Source of the DNA: Octopus vulgaris
Taxonomy: Eukaryota
DNA length: 64,000 nucleotides
Direction: 5' to 3'
NCBI GenBank assembly: GCA_951406725.2
Contig: OX597817.1
Location: 91,822,001 to 91,886,000 of the forward strand
Position numbers and translations under genes: made by a program. This document shows positions 1 through 13,798 of the stretch, piece after piece (within the stretch, counting starts at the first letter, position 1; each line of letters begins with the position of its first letter). The notes beneath the pieces were generated by a model. The model was not told the DNA's origin and ran no database searches. It saw only the letters and a list, made by a program, of their open reading frames with translations.

Positions 1-540
1 ATGCTGTGCCAGGCAGGGGCTCTCATGGCTTCTTATCTTAACTGATTGGAAGTATTATAATGTAAATTGTTTAGTCTTGGTATAAAAAATGGGCTACAGC
101 AAATATTCTGCTCAATACCACAGATTTGCTTGTCAGTTGCTTGACCTTGACCAATTGAGTATGTCTTTTAGTAGCTGACGATATGTGCATCTCTGATCAT
201 GAGCAGAAGTAGTGGAGGAGCATCATAGCCATGTGTTCAGAGGAATTATTTGGGGGTTGGATAATTCACCCCTAAAAATATGGGTGTTTCATTCATCATC
301 CTTATTCAACCCTTATTCAGGGACTTTTTGAGTGGGATGGGCTACTCAATCTGAAGAAAATTCTAACTTGGCCCCACCTGCAAGGTAATGTTCTGTTTAT
401 CTTGATATGAGATCACCATGTCGCGCACATATGGATGTGTTACATGTACCTAGTGTACCCTTATTAGTCATGATGGGTATACTGGGCTTTGTATATTTTA
501 CCCCAGTGCCATCTTGATGGCATACACTGCTTTCTCACTC
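1..540 (+). mobile_element. ~540-bp non-coding repeat (element X), cut by window edge, followed by (AAT)n
   Basis: Colinear with copies at 26797-27338, 53581-54132 and 54472-55002. Ends ...CACTGCT(T/C)TCTCACTC then (AAT)n. Confidence 0.85.
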
Positions 541-565
541 AATAATAATAATAATAATAATAATA

Positions 566-613
<48 letters not shown>

Positions 614-618
<5 letters not shown>

Positions 619-2300
619 GAACTGGATGCGGATATAAAAGTTACGGCAAAACGATCAGCCACCTTTTATATATGGATGACCTAAAACTATACGCTGCAAA
701 TGACAAACAGCTGGAAACACTATTAAAGACAGTTCATGGATTTACCAAAGAAATAGATATGAAATTTGGATTAGAAAAATGCGCCAAAGTAACCATGAAA
801 AGAGGAAAACTAGTTAAGAGTTGCAACATCACACTAGATAAAACCAATGAAATAAAATACTTAGGAATCCATGAACTAGATAAGACACAACACACACAAA
901 TGAAAGAGAAAATAAAAAAAGAATATTATAGACGAGTTAGATCAATACTAAAAACAGAGCTCAATGCTAAAAACAAGATAATAGGTATCAACACTTTAGC
1001 TGTCCCAGTTATAAGTTACAGCTACAATATCCTTAACTGGACACGAAATGAACTGTCCAAAATAGATAGGAAAACAAGAAAAATACTGACAGGATCTAGG
1101 ATGCATCACCCAAAATCTGACATAGAAAGACTATATATACAACGTATAGAAGGTGGTAGAGGCCTTATACAGCTGGAAAACTACTATAAAATAACCACCA
1201 TAGGACTGCAAAAATACCTACTTCAGAAGGAAGTAAAACTGATCCAGATAGCAGCAAAACACGAGCAAAACAAAAAACTGTTCTCAGTATTTAAGGAAGC
1301 TGACAAATACAAACAAGAAATCATACCACCTAATAAACACAAAGAAGAAGAAGAAGATGATGAAGAAACAACAAAAGCTATAAAACAAATGAAATCCAAA
1401 CTAAAAATAGAACAGCAACGAGCCATGATAAAACGATGGCAAGAAAAGCCCCTTCATGGTAAATACTGCACTAAACTAAACGCAAAAGAAATAGACAAAG
1501 AAAAATCCCAGCAATGGTTGAGAAGCTCAGGACTCAAAGCAGAAACAGAGGGATTTTTAATTGCAGCACAAGACCAAAGCCTCCCCACCAGAAATTACCA
1601 AAAACATGTAATGAAAAGAAATATTACAAGTAACTGCAGAATATGTGGAGATGGACAAGAAACAATAAATCATATTATCTCTGGCTGCCCAGTCCTGGCT
1701 AAGAAGGAATATATTCACAGACATGACAGAGTTGGAACCTACATACATTGGAAGCTATGCCAACATTTTGGAATAACAACAGAAAAAAGATGGTATAGGC
1801 ACACACCAGAAAAGGTCACAGAAAACGAGAAAGCAACCATACTCTGGGATATGCCAATACACACAGATAGAGAAATTAAGGCCAACAGACCAGATATAGT
1901 TATCAGAGATCATGAAGAAAAAAATGCTTTCTAATTGATGTATCAATACCGGCAGATGACAACGTGTCTCTAAAAGAAATGAAGAAACTCTCAAAATACA
2001 AAGACCTGGAAATAGAGATAACTAGAATGTGGAACCTGAAAACAGAAACAATTCCTATCATAGTAGGTGCATTAGGCATGATAAAAAAATATTCAGACAA
2101 ATACATAACAAAAACACCAGGACTTACAAACACATATAACATACAGAAAATTGCACTACTAGGCACTGCACACATCCTACGCAGAACACTTTCCATACAA
2201 TAACCATCAGAGCATCACAACAAATCACAGCACATACCCAAGGCACACAGAGCTGCGCTCGGTAGTGAAGTGAAAGCACGCTATAAAAATAAAACTACTG
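614..2300 (+). mobile_element. 5'-truncated R4/Dong-type (RLE) non-LTR retrotransposon in an (AAT)n tract
   Basis: RT YMDDLKLY motif, CCHC knuckle CRICG..ETINHIISGC, RHD, RPDIV and LGTAHILRR endonuclease motifs. (AAT)n on both sides. Confidence 0.92.
672..2203 (+). pseudogene. RT C-terminus, zinc knuckle and restriction-like endonuclease, with one frameshift near 1918-1924
   Basis: ORFs 672-1934 and 1964-2203 join into one protein if one A is added in GAAGAAAAAAATGC. Confidence 0.88.
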
Positions 2301-2323
2301 AATAATAATAATAATAATAATAA

Positions 2324-2738
2324 TGACTGTCCCAATCGATATAAATGTATCTGTCAAGACCTACCAAAAACTAATCAAATATAAAGATGTTGAAATAGAA
2401 ATTAGTAAACTGTAGAACCTGAAGACTGAAACAATACCTGTTGTCATAGGTGCTCTGGGAATGATAGCAAAAGGGGCTGATTGGTACCTAGCGCAGATAT
2501 CAAGAAACCCCAAAAGACTGTGCTCATGGAAACTGCTCATATCCTATGCAAAATACTTTCTATGTAATCTCAAGTTTTAAAACAAACATAATTTTCTTGT
2601 GGTTTCTTAAACATTCTCTAAAACAACACTATGTACAAAACCAAATACATGGCACCCCAGGCATAACATCGAGGTCTCTGGGTGAGACTTGGAGCCAACT
2701 TGTACAAATGTAAAGCAAAAGTCAAACATAAAATAACA
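2324..2738 (+). mobile_element. 3' fragment of a second R4/Dong family
   Basis: Encodes ...NLKTETIPVVIGALGMIAKGAD. Same 3' UTR as 33106-33515 and 13385-13607. (AAT)n tail. Confidence 0.8.
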
Positions 2739-2762
2739 ATAATAATAATAATAATAATAATA

Positions 2763-2845
<83 letters not shown>

Positions 2846-2847
2846 CT

Positions 2848-3452
2848 CATATTATCTCTGGCCGCCCAGTCCTGGCTAAGAAGGAATATATTCACAGACA
2901 CGACAGAGTTGGGACCTACATACACTGGAAGCTATGCCAACATTATGGAATAACAACAGAAAAAAGATGGTATAGGAACACACCTGAAAAGATCACAGAA
3001 AACGAGAAAGCAACCATACTCTGGGATATGCCAATACACACAGATAGAGAAATTAAAGCCAATAGGCCAGATATAGTTGTCAGAGATCATGAAGAAAAAA
3101 ATGCTTTCTAATTGATGTATCAATGCCAGCAGATGACAACGTGTCTCTAAAAGAAATGGAGAAACCTTCAAAATGCAAAGACCTGGAAATAGAGGTAACT
3201 AGAATGTGGAATCTAAAAACAGAAACAATTCCTATCATAGTAGGTGCATTAGGCATGATAAAAAAATATTCAGACAAATACATAACAAAAACACCAGGAC
3301 TTACAAACACATATAACATACAGAAAATTGCACTACTAGGCACTGCACACATCCTACGCAGAACACTTTCAATACAGTAACCATCAGAGCATCACAACAA
3401 ATTACAACACATACCCAAGGCACAAAGCACGCTATAAAAATAAAACTACTGA
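2848..3452 (+). mobile_element. Shorter copy of the 614-2300 LINE family
   Basis: Near-identical to 1670-2300 at DNA and protein level (ORFs 2800-3111 and 3123-3380). Confidence 0.9.
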
Positions 3453-3509
3453 ATAATGATGATAACAACAACAACAACAACAACAACAACAACGACGACG
3501 ACGACGACG

Positions 3510-3548
<39 letters not shown>

Positions 3549-3554
3549 CACGCA

Positions 3555-4402
3555 CCAATGGTTATGAAGCTCAGGGCTAAAAGCGGAAAGTGAAGGTTTC
3601 ATATTAGCTGCTCAAGACCAATGTTTATTAATCCGGAACTACCAAGCCAATGTGATAAAAAATGGAGCTGACCCAAAATGCCGATTCTGTAACAATGAGA
3701 TTGAAACAATAGACCACCTAATCTCAGGGTGTAGAGTCTTAGCACTTGTAGAATATAAAGCAAGACATGACAGAGTCAGCCAGTATTTACACTGGAGAAT
3801 ATGTCGGCATTATAAAATCAAAACCGCTGACAAATGGTATAAACACCATCCTAAAGCTGTGACTGAGGGAGAAAATGTGTCGATTCTGTGGGACTTCCCC
3901 GTACATACCAACAGAACTATAAAAGCTAATAAACCAGATATTATCATAAAAGATTAAACAAGAAGGATGTGTTTGTTAATTGACATGAGTATTCCTTACG
4001 ATCACAATATAGCTGTGAAAGAAATTGACAAAATTAGTAAATATAAGGACGTGCTAATGGAAATTGAAAAAATGTGGCATCTCAGGGCGACTACAGTACC
4101 AGTGACTGTGGGATCTCTAGGAATGATAAAAATAGGTACTGAAACCTATTTGAAAATGATACCAGGCTACAGGAAGTGCAAAAAATCATGCTGACTGGAA
4201 CGGCTCATGTACTGAGAAGAGCATTATTGCTGTGAAAACTACATCCATTCATGAATTTATTTATTTATTAATTTTTCAAATACATATTTTACCTGTGAAT
4301 TTGCGTATGTAATCTGGGAATGCATACAATGAGCTTCTCTGCCCTAGGTGTACGGAAAACACTTGGCGAGAAACGGAAGAAAATTTGAAGAAAGAAGGAA
4401 AA
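3555..4402 (+). mobile_element. 3' fragment of a third R4/Dong family
   Basis: CRFC..ETIDHLISGC, RHD and KPDII motifs (ORFs 3652-3957 and 3967-4194). (AAT)n tail. Confidence 0.85.
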
Positions 4403-5394
4403 ATAATAATAATAATAATAATAATAATAATCCCTTCTACTATAAGCACAAGGCCTGGAATTTCATGGGAGGGGACCAGTTGACTACAACGACCCCAGTG
4501 TTTCACAGGTGCCTAATTTATTGATCCCAAAAGGAAGAAAGGCAAAGTCAACCTCTGCAGAAACACCAAGCGACCTTTACTACTACACATACAACCCCAA
4601 GGCCATATCTCCTCCACTACCTCTTTACTCCCCAATGGGGTAATGCTCCAGAAACATCCTATGGTCTTTGGGCAGTCATCAGGATCTGGAGTTCTGTACA
4701 GTACCCACCCAACCACATATTATTGCAGATCACTCATTCGAAATATTCCTGCACTGAGCTATAAAGGTGACAGCATTTCAAGTGTCAATGATAATGCTAT
4801 ACCACTTTCCTTCTTAGTATTTTCTTAAGTAAATCCTTAGAGAAGGAGGCACACACTTTTGTGGCGCACCTCTAACATGCTTTTCTTTTGCTCGGAGCAG
4901 CCTCACATCTTGTATGTTATTCTAGTTTACATTAGCTGCAAAAATAGGTTGTTGTTGATGGTGGTGATAGTGCTTTTATTGCTGTCATTTAATTTGTGTT
5001 TTATCCACTTTTCCATTCTGTGTTTCTCAAATTAAAACTGTTTTTGTTTTCATGTCTATAAATGTGCCTGTAACTGTCATTTTTACCAGTTTTTTTTTAA
5101 CCATTTCTGTATTTAAAAATATTTCATTGGGACTAGTTCACTGCTGTCATAACTGCGAAGATGGCCATATTAAGTTACTAATAAACAAAACAAACTGGAT
5201 GTTTGTGAAAATGAGTATACGTACAATTCTTTTCAACTTCAACAATGAGATGGACTTTTAAATATTCTGAAGCTCTTTGTAAGTAAAAAAAGAAATTCTC
5301 AATAATCCTGGAAGGAGTCACCTCTTTATGTAGAACTCTGTAAATGCATATGTTGAAGTCAAACAACTGAAACAACAATAATTGAAAAACTGAG

Positions 5395-8300
5395 GCAGAA
5401 ATTTAGAGAATCAGAGACCCTAGAGACAGTTAATTTGAGGACAGTGAATTGAATCAAAGTTAAAGAAAAACATCAACAGTGAACTGTAATTGATATAATT
5501 ACCAGTGAAAAAATTAAAGATCCCAAGGCATTGATAATTGCAGACTAGTTGGAGAAAAAAAAGAGGAGAAAGAACCGACAGATACCTTGGTGGAAAAGGT
5601 GCATATTAACGAACATTAGCAGCCTTAGGGGGAAAAAATATATAAGTAAACTGGACAAATGAAAGCAGAGATAATTTAAGAAAGGAGAGAAAGGTAAATT
5701 ATAGGAAATGTATCTCAAAAAGGAAAAATTGAGACGAACCAAAATCACAAAATACAAAGGAAGAATATCCTGATATATGCAAAATATCCTTTTACAATCA
5801 AACCAGCCATACTTATTTGATATTCTTGAAGGAAATGAGAGAAATGATAACATAAGATTGAATCTTGAATAAAATAAGCTGTCTGGAGGATAAACTCAGG
5901 AAAAAATGCCAAACACAATAATAAAGCAGAGTGGATAAAGCAAGTGGAAAATTACACTAAAAATGTTGAGGTGCAGAAATGTTAATCGTCATGAAAGTAA
6001 ATATTAAAAATCAGTTAAAAAGGTAGGAATGTGGAAAGTAGAAAGACCAGACAGTGTCCATGACTATAGGCTGAACGAGATTATGAGTCTTCATGAAACC
6101 ATAGTGATAGGAGTAAATGAATGTGTAACTAAAGGGGAAGTACAATTGTGGTTAACAAAAGAAAGAACTTGTCTAATAATGAAAGACAAATTACTGACCA
6201 ATTACATGTGTACCAATTACAAGGGGGTATTGAAAAGTTCCTGGCTTTAAAGGTATTGTAAAAGGCCTGGGTGGAGGCCCAACATTCCGATTTCTTTTAC
6301 AGGGCTTAGAAAAGCTAAAGGACCACCACAATAAGTGTGCGAAGCTGAGAGAGGAATATGTTGAATAAAATCATAATTAACTGATCCGCCTGTGTTTTTC
6401 CTTTTACCCAAAGCCAGGAACTTTTCAGGATAACTGCAGAACTAAACCAACACATATACGAGAGACAGCTGATGTCTAATGAATAAAAAAGTCTGCGGCA
6501 ACAATAGTATAGGAATGAAAGACCAATTAATGATTAACAAGAATTTCTAGAAGAATTGCAAAGATTGGCAAATCTAAGCATTCTGAGGATCAATCATTGA
6601 AGAGTGCATGACTTGCTTCCACATTCATGGCTCAAGCTGTGATATCAAAAAATGTTTGGTGTCTATTAGAAGATACAATACAAGGTAGAAGAGTTAATAT
6701 CAGAAAGGGGAAAAAATGAGTAGACATACTGATCAGAAGAAGAATCTTTCAAGGCAAAAGCTTTTCTCCTATCTTATTTGTAATTGCACTCATCCCTTTG
6801 TTAATTATACTAAACGCAAAGCTGCTTACTGGTAAAGAATAAAGAGAAAATTAATCATCTCCTCTTTATGATGGTATAAAGTTTTATGGTAAAGACAAGT
6901 ACCAACAGGAATCCACAGTACAAACTGTAAGAATATTTAGTTGCAATGTTCAGATGACTTACAAAATTAAGAAACATGTTAAAATAGAAATGAAATACTG
7001 AAAATCCATGAAAAGTATTGGAATAGATTTACTTGATGATAAGAATATAAAATCATTACCGATAAAAGAAGCATAAATGATTGGGAATACTGGAAAATGA
7101 CAAAATCAAAAGTATAGAAATGAAGGAAGCCCTAAAGAATATTTTTGCTGAGTGAAGATTTTAAAATCCAAATTGAATGGGAAACATCATACAAATAATC
7201 TTCTTGAGAGTAGTATCAGTAATAAGATACAAAGCAGGAAACAATGAATAGAGGAAGAATGAGTTGAAGGATATCAAGAGGAAAGGAAGGATGCAGCTCA
7301 CAATACAGAAAATTGTGCATCTCCAATATGATGCAGAGAGGTTATGCTAGAAAAGATTTGAAGGAAGAGTATTACTGAGTGTTGAAGAAATAGAGGAAAA
7401 AAATCTAGGTTTTTGCCTTAAAACAAAACAAAAAAAAACCCATTTTTTAAGGCAGTAATAAATAAAGAACTATTTACAGAATTTGTGGTACCTAAAGACA
7501 GAAAACAGGAAAATTTGAAAAAGAAAAAAAATCAAACTTTGAAGGAAATAAACTTCACTCAGTGTTTTCCCAAAACACAAGAGAGATAAGGGAGGGCAAA
7601 GACAGCATTGGCTATGGTTAAAAATCCCCCCCAAAAAAAGTATTGGAATAAGAGCAAAGAAATAATTTTGGCAGCAGAGAAACAGGCTCTAAGGGTCAAA
7701 TGAATCAAGAAGATGAAAAATCAGAAGAGCTATTCAAATACGTGTAGAATATGTGATAACTCAGATGGGACTATAGCTCACATTGTACCAGAATGAATAC
7801 AATAAGTGTTGAATAAGATTGCTGAAATATTTCAATGGAAATTTTGTAAGAAATTTGATTTTCTGAGTGCAAAAATGAGTAATAAATTTTTTGTGAGAAT
7901 AGAAAAGAAATTCCTCAAAAATGATAAAGAAATGTTGTTATGAGACTTCCTTATACAAACTGAATGAAGAACACACAGTAGACCAGATACTGGAGCTATT
8001 GATAAGAAGAAACTATGTATTACAAACGAAGGCGTATGCCCATGTGATAAAGAATTAAAAAAAAGTGGGGAAAGACAAATGTATTGCATTATACCAATCT
8101 GAAACATGGAATCCACAAATACTGGAACTGAGAAATTAACTAGGTTAGAAATGACAAAGTATTTTGAGAGCAAATTTTGAAACATTTCATCTTAATCTGG
8201 AAGTACCTACAATGTAGAAAACAGGTATAATAGGTTCAGCAGGAATTATGAAGAAAGTCTTCATTACAAAGAACAGATATGAAGAGCAGAAAAAACATTT

Positions 8301-8408
8301 ATATAGAAGGGGAGAAAATACTCGTCATACTAGAGCACTTGTTGTGACTTGATACAAAGCATAATTAAACCAGACACAACACCAATCATATGAAATGACA
8401 GAATAAAA
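5395..8408 (+). mobile_element. Old, heavily decayed R4/Dong-like LINE
   Basis: A-rich strand with RT remnants (W...GPD, HLLF.D..KFY-like at ~6855, RPD-like at ~7980). Many stops and frameshifts. Ends in AAT repeats. Boundaries approximate. Confidence 0.65.
6220..6428. mobile_element. Mariner-derived MITE nested in the old LINE
   Basis: Inverted ends TGAAAAGTTCCTGGCTTT / AAAGCCAGGAACTTTTCA, preceded by TA. Confidence 0.7.
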
Positions 8409-8419
8409 TAATAATAGTA

Positions 8420-8630
8420 ATGATTTCAAATTTTGGCACAAGGCCAGAAATTTTATGATAAAGGTAAGTCAATTGCATCAATCCCAGTTTTAAACTGGTA
8501 TTTATTTTATTGACCCTGAAAGGATGAAAGCAAAGTCGACCTCAGTGGAATTTGATCTCAGGACATAAAGACAGAGGAAATGTTGCTAAGCATTTCACCC
8601 AGCATGCTAACAATTCTGTCAGCTTGCCAA
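8420..8630 (-). mobile_element. tRNA-derived SINE family B (~210 bp)
   Basis: Recurs at ~22890-23105, 29900-30110, 38105-38310, 45470-45680, 46035-46255, 49410-49645, 52025-52230 and 55010-55200. Head GCTGGCAGAATCGTTAGC...GAGTTCAAATTCC has A/B boxes. Confidence 0.8.
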
Positions 8631-8808
8631 CCTCAGGCTCGAAGTGATCCAGAAGATGGCATTGTTGGGTATAGTTTACACTCTAAGGAGAGCATTGTCT
8701 CTTTGAGTCACAAGAGAAGGCACTACTTGAAACCTTTGGTAATTTGTTATTGCCTGCTTTCAAGTAAAGAACAACCGCAATTAGAACAGTGAGAATCAAA
8801 ACAATAAA

Positions 8809-8908
<100 letters not shown>

Positions 8909-8949
8909 GTCAACAATAAAAAAGGGAAAAGCACTGTCCAAATGCAATC

Positions 8950-9165
8950 AATGCCAGGCCTGCCAAACTGGCTCTTGTGCTAGTGGCATGTAAAAAGCAC
9001 TCACTACACTCTCGGAGTGGTTGACGTTAGGAAGGTCATCAAGCTGTAGAAACTATGCCAGATCAGATTGGAGCCTGGTGCAGTTGCTGGCTTTCCAGAT
9101 CTCAGTCAAACCATCCAACCCATGCCAGCATAGAAAATGGGCATATGATGATGATGATGATGATG
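8950..9165 (+). mobile_element. Family C retroposon 3' end with (GAT)n tail
   Basis: Matches 20146-20315, 33905-34345, 56615-56780 and the 3' UTR of the RT-bearing copy at 52660-53562. Confidence 0.8.
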
Positions 9166-9427
9166 AATCTTGGCAGAATTTAAACTCAAAATGGACGAAA
9201 TGCTGCTAACCATTTTGTGTGGCATGCTAACACTTTAGCCAGCTTGTCCCCTTAATAATAATGATGATGATGATGATGGTTTGATGATTTCTTTTATTTG
9301 CAGCAAGTCTTAAGAAGTGGGGACATTAAAAATACAGGTTACAATTTGTGTGTAGTGGGTGTTTATACAAAATTGGATGGGGCAAGGAAGGCAAGGAAAC
9401 AGAATTATACATATTTTTTTATTTGTT

Positions 9428-9865
9428 TATTTGTTTCAGTCATTTGACTGCAGCGATGCTGGAGCACTGCCTTTAGTCGAGCAAAACGACCCCAGGACTT
9501 GTTCATTGTAAGCCTAGTACTTATTTTATCAGTCTCTTTTGCCAAACTGCTAAGTTACAGGGTACGTAAACACACCAGCATCGGTTGTCAAGCAATGTTG
9601 GGGGAACAAACACAGACACACAAACACACACACATACATACATACATACATACATACATACATACATACATACATACATTTATATATATATATATGTATA
9701 TATATATATGACAGGCTTCTTTCAGTTACCATCTACCAAATCCAATCACAAGGCTTCGGTTTACCTGAGGCAGAAGACATTTGTCCAAGGTGCCATGTAG
9801 TGAGACTGAGCCAGAGCCATGTGGTTGGTAAGTAAGCTACTTACCATACAGCCACTCTTGCGCCT
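9428..9865 (-). mobile_element. tRNA-derived SINE family A with internal microsatellite
   Basis: Reverse complement of 14349-14757. Confidence 0.85.
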
Positions 9866-10879
9866 CTAGTATACAAAATATATGGCTGATACTGTCTTCG
9901 TGATACAGAATCTCCAACTAGCACCAATCAAGAAAACCTAACAAATCCAAGACTACCCTAACTGCCAAGGACATGAATCTTTGCCCAACTATTGTTCTCC
10001 AAACTACAAATACATGCTTCAATTTTCCACCAGTGGAATTCATGCAACATATTTCCACCAGTGATTGTGACTCATACTTATTTTAAAAACCATAGAAATA
10101 TTGGAGTATCAAAAAATAATGTAACATTTCCTGCAATGAGTTCAATTCTGCACAAAACATATCATAAATATATTTATTTAAAATATAATCACCATCATTA
10201 GAAATAACGATGGTGATGAAGTTTTGGATGAATATATATATTTACATGCTTTATGCTTCTTTGAACTCATCCTTGAAATTTCAGCATCCCTAATATAAAT
10301 GGAAAAGTCAGCTTTGGCAGGATTTATAGTTAGTATGTAATGGGATGTAATTGTGGATGGAGATGTGGTTGTGTTGTGAAGAGAAAGTTTACCTCACAAT
10401 TACATGGTTCCATGTTCAATTTCACTCCTGGGAACTTTCACCAAGATTCTTCTACAATAGTCTTGGATTCACCAACCAACAGATTGTTCATTAAATTTGG
10501 TTGGTGGAAACTATGCCGAAACCTGTGTGTATGTGTGTGTGGATGATAGTTAACATATTCACAAAAACCAGGTCTAAAGTTTGATTCATTGCACAGCATC
10601 TTGGGAAAGGGTATTTTATCATAATGACATGTTAATTCAAACTTTGTGAGTAGAAGTGGTATAAAGTTACAAATTGTGATGGCAGGTTCATGATTGTTTA
10701 TATCAAACACTGAAGATTGTATACTGTGGGGAGTAGATATAATGGATCACATTAACCACCTGCATATGAATATTACAGTTATTTATATGATCCTTAGAAC
10801 TAAGGGCCCTAAGTAAATATCACAAGATATTTTTCAGATGTTCTGCCAATTCTAATATATATGTAAATATGGTACTCTA

Positions 10880-11170
10880 TTGGTTATGATAATGAGTGTA
10901 TCAATGAGCCAATCAACAGAGCCTGCTCATGAAATTAACGTGCAAGTAGCTGAGCACTCTACAGACACATGTACTTTTAACATAGTTCTCAGGGAGATTC
11001 AGTGGGATACAGAATGTTTTACAGAATGATTTACATGTACAACTCATTTTTGAAAGTTGAGTGGACTGGAGCACCATGAAATAAAGTTGCTCAAGGACAT
11101 ATGCCACCAGGGACAAAACTCATGACATTAAGATTGTGAGCGGAATACTTCTAACCACTAAGCCACTGCC
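10880..11170 (-). mobile_element. tRNA-derived SINE (family D-related)
   Basis: Shares GAGTG(G/A)ACTGGAGCA..TGAAAT and TAACCACT(A/G)AGC blocks with 62530-62850. Confidence 0.55.
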
Positions 11171-11417
11171 ATCACAGTATATGTAAACAAAAAAAAAAGG
11201 AATAGAGTGAACCCAATTATGAATACTATTAATATGGCTGTGAGGATGGAGAAAAACACATTACCAAAGGAGTCGTAATATGCAGGCTTTTGCTGTTGGC
11301 TGTTGGCTGTTGAAGTTTTATAGCAATGAAATACTACACAATGTAGAATGCATAGTGTATAATATAGAGTTTAGTGAATGATATATGATGTAAAATAGAA
11401 TAAGGAAGTGACTTTAC

Positions 11418-11521
11418 CATCAAGTCATTGTGTAACTGTTTCCTCTGCTTTCTCTCTTTTTCATGTTTCTCACTGATGTCTTTCAACTGTTGCTGCAAGC
11501 TCAGGAATTTTCTCTGTAGTT
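11418..11521 (-). CDS. Exon of host gene: coiled coil and kinesin-14-like neck (E)LQRKFLSLQQQLKDISEKHEKERKQRKQLHNDLM
   Basis: Acceptor ctttgtttacctttgatag, donor ATG|gtaaagt. Phase 1 start matches the 30546 exon. R-K-x-L-H-N-x-L resembles the sequence just before GNIRV in kinesin-14 motors. Confidence 0.8.
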
Positions 11522-11976
11522 CTATCAAAGGTAAACAAAGATCTTCTTAATATGTGTGTGTGTATGTGTGTGTGTGTGTGCGTGTGTGTGTGTGCGTGTG
11601 TGTGTGTGCGTGTGTGTGTGTGCGTGTGTGTGTGTGTGATTGTCATCATTGTTTTAATATCCACTTTTCCACAGGGGGTTGGACAGAATTTGCTAAAGTG
11701 GGTTTTCTACAGTCAGCTACACTTCTTGTCACCAATCCTCACCTGTTGCCAAGTAAAGTAATATTTCCTCACAACCAGACACAGAAGATTAGAAATGAAG
11801 GAAACTGCATGCACGACAATGACACATCTATCACATGCTATCAAGGCAAGGACTCAGTAGTACACACACAAACATATACATGTGCATGCATACACACACA
11901 TACACACCACACACACACACGCACCACACACACAAACACACGCACACACACACACGCACATACATACATACATACA

Positions 11977-12007
<31 letters not shown>

Positions 12008-12009
12008 GT

Positions 12010-12225
12010 AACTATATGCATGAAAATACATACATAAAACAAAACATACAAATCTGCACATATACATACATACATACATACATACATACATACATACATA
12101 CATACATACATACAAAAATATCCTGCTGGTGCTGCTGAAATTCCAATGAAGGAGCCTTGGATCAAGGTCAGAAACTGGCTCTTTCTCTATTGACAAGAAA
12201 TCTTGTAATAAAACTGAATAATGAC
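12010..12225 (+). mobile_element. 3' UTR of an RLE LINE ending in (ATAC)n
   Basis: Its start matches 16270-16320, the 3' UTR of the 15575 LINE. Embedded in ATAC repeats. Confidence 0.6.
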
Positions 12226-13075
12226 ATACATACATATACAACAGGCTTATTTCAGTTTCCCTCTATCGAATTTACTTACGAGACATTAGTTGGCCTGAGG
12301 CTACAGTAGAAGACCCTTATCCTATCCTTAGCAATCCTCATCCTAACCCTAGCTCTAAACATAACCCTGACATCCATAACCCAAGTGGAAATTTGTAAAA
12401 TATTACAGGGTTTCTCCATTTGAAATACTTGGGTGAACATATGCACACAGTCACATATACATATGGAATTCATATGTCTGCAGTAATGAAATATTCACAC
12501 CTGTGTTCTATGGTAACATGTACACTCATAAGTGCAAGTTATTCCACATGCAGACACCAGGGCTGTTATTAAGCTCCTGCAACCCCTGAAGTCGCAGGAA
12601 GCCTCAGCAGTTGAGGGGCCCTATGTTAAAATCAAAGTACATGGATGAGCCATCTAGTTACTTTGGTTAAGATGTTAACTGAAAATTTCAAGCTAGACGA
12701 GGAAAAAATACGAGGGTTTACTGTAAATAGATTTAAAAGAAATGAAAAAAGTAAATGAAAAAAGCTTGTCAATGGATTCCTCTGGGAGATGAAAGAAAAA
12801 TGAATGAAATCCAAAAAATGAAAATAAGAACAACTTCAACAGAAAAGACAAGAAAAAGAAGCAATGGTGATGAAAGGTGGGGATGTATACTTATACATAC
12901 ATACAAACATACACGCACAGGCATATGTACACACATTCATACATACATACAACAGGCTTTCTTCTGTTTCTGTCCACCAAATCCATTCACAAGGCTTTGG
13001 CCAGCTCGGACAGACAGACAGATGGGCAGATAGATAGACCTACACACACATCTCTTAGTCTCTTGCTCTCTTCAT

Positions 13076-13119
<44 letters not shown>

Positions 13120-13122
13120 AAG

Positions 13123-13310
13123 ATATATGTTATAATTTAGAACAAACAGTAAAAGTTTGTCATAGTACTCGGAGTTTCGAATGTCGGAGCAAAGAGCTAC
13201 AAAGCAATGAAACTCCGAGTACTATAATGACAAACCTTTACTGTTTGTTCTAAATTATAACATATATAAAAAATCCTCTATTTATCTAATATCAAGGTCT
13301 CATTCATTTG
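13123..13310. repeat. Foldback (arms 13123-13178 and 13209-13267) with one-sided tail and the 3' half of a hammerhead motif
   Basis: Arms are reverse complements. Both carry GAAACTCCGAGTACTAT. Confidence 0.75.
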
Positions 13311-13384
13311 TTATTACTTTTTATTATTATTATTATTATCATTATGATAATAATTATAATTATTATTATTATTATTATTATTAT

Positions 13385-13607
13385 ATGTTTGACTTTTGCT
13401 TTATATTTGTACAAGTTGTCTCCAAGTCTCACCCAGAGACCTCAAGAGACAACAGGGTTGGAAGTTCATGTTGTTGTTATGCCTAGTGTGCCATATATTT
13501 GGGGGGTGTGGGTGTTGTACTAATGAATGTCTAAAAAAAAAAAAAATTTTTTTTTTTTTTTTTAAACCGAAAATTATGTTTGTTTTAAACCTTGAGATTA
13601 CATAGAA
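13385..13607 (-). mobile_element. 3' UTR of an R4/Dong family in an (ATT)n tract
   Basis: Reverse complement of 33287-33510. Confidence 0.85.
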
Positions 13608-13655
<48 letters not shown>

Positions 13656-13678
13656 ATTATTATTATTGTTATTATTAC

Positions 13679-13715
<37 letters not shown>

Positions 13716-13761
13716 ATTATTATTATTATTATTGTTATTATTACTATTATTATTATTATTA

Positions 13762-13798
<37 letters not shown>

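Noticed and set aside
170-215. CTGACGA in element X as a hammerhead core
   Set aside because: No properly placed GAAA, stem III or NUH could be built.
10246-10289. Candidate minus-strand exon (DAEISRMSSKKHKA)
   Set aside because: Phase incompatible with the 11418 donor (immediate TGA) and not motor-like.
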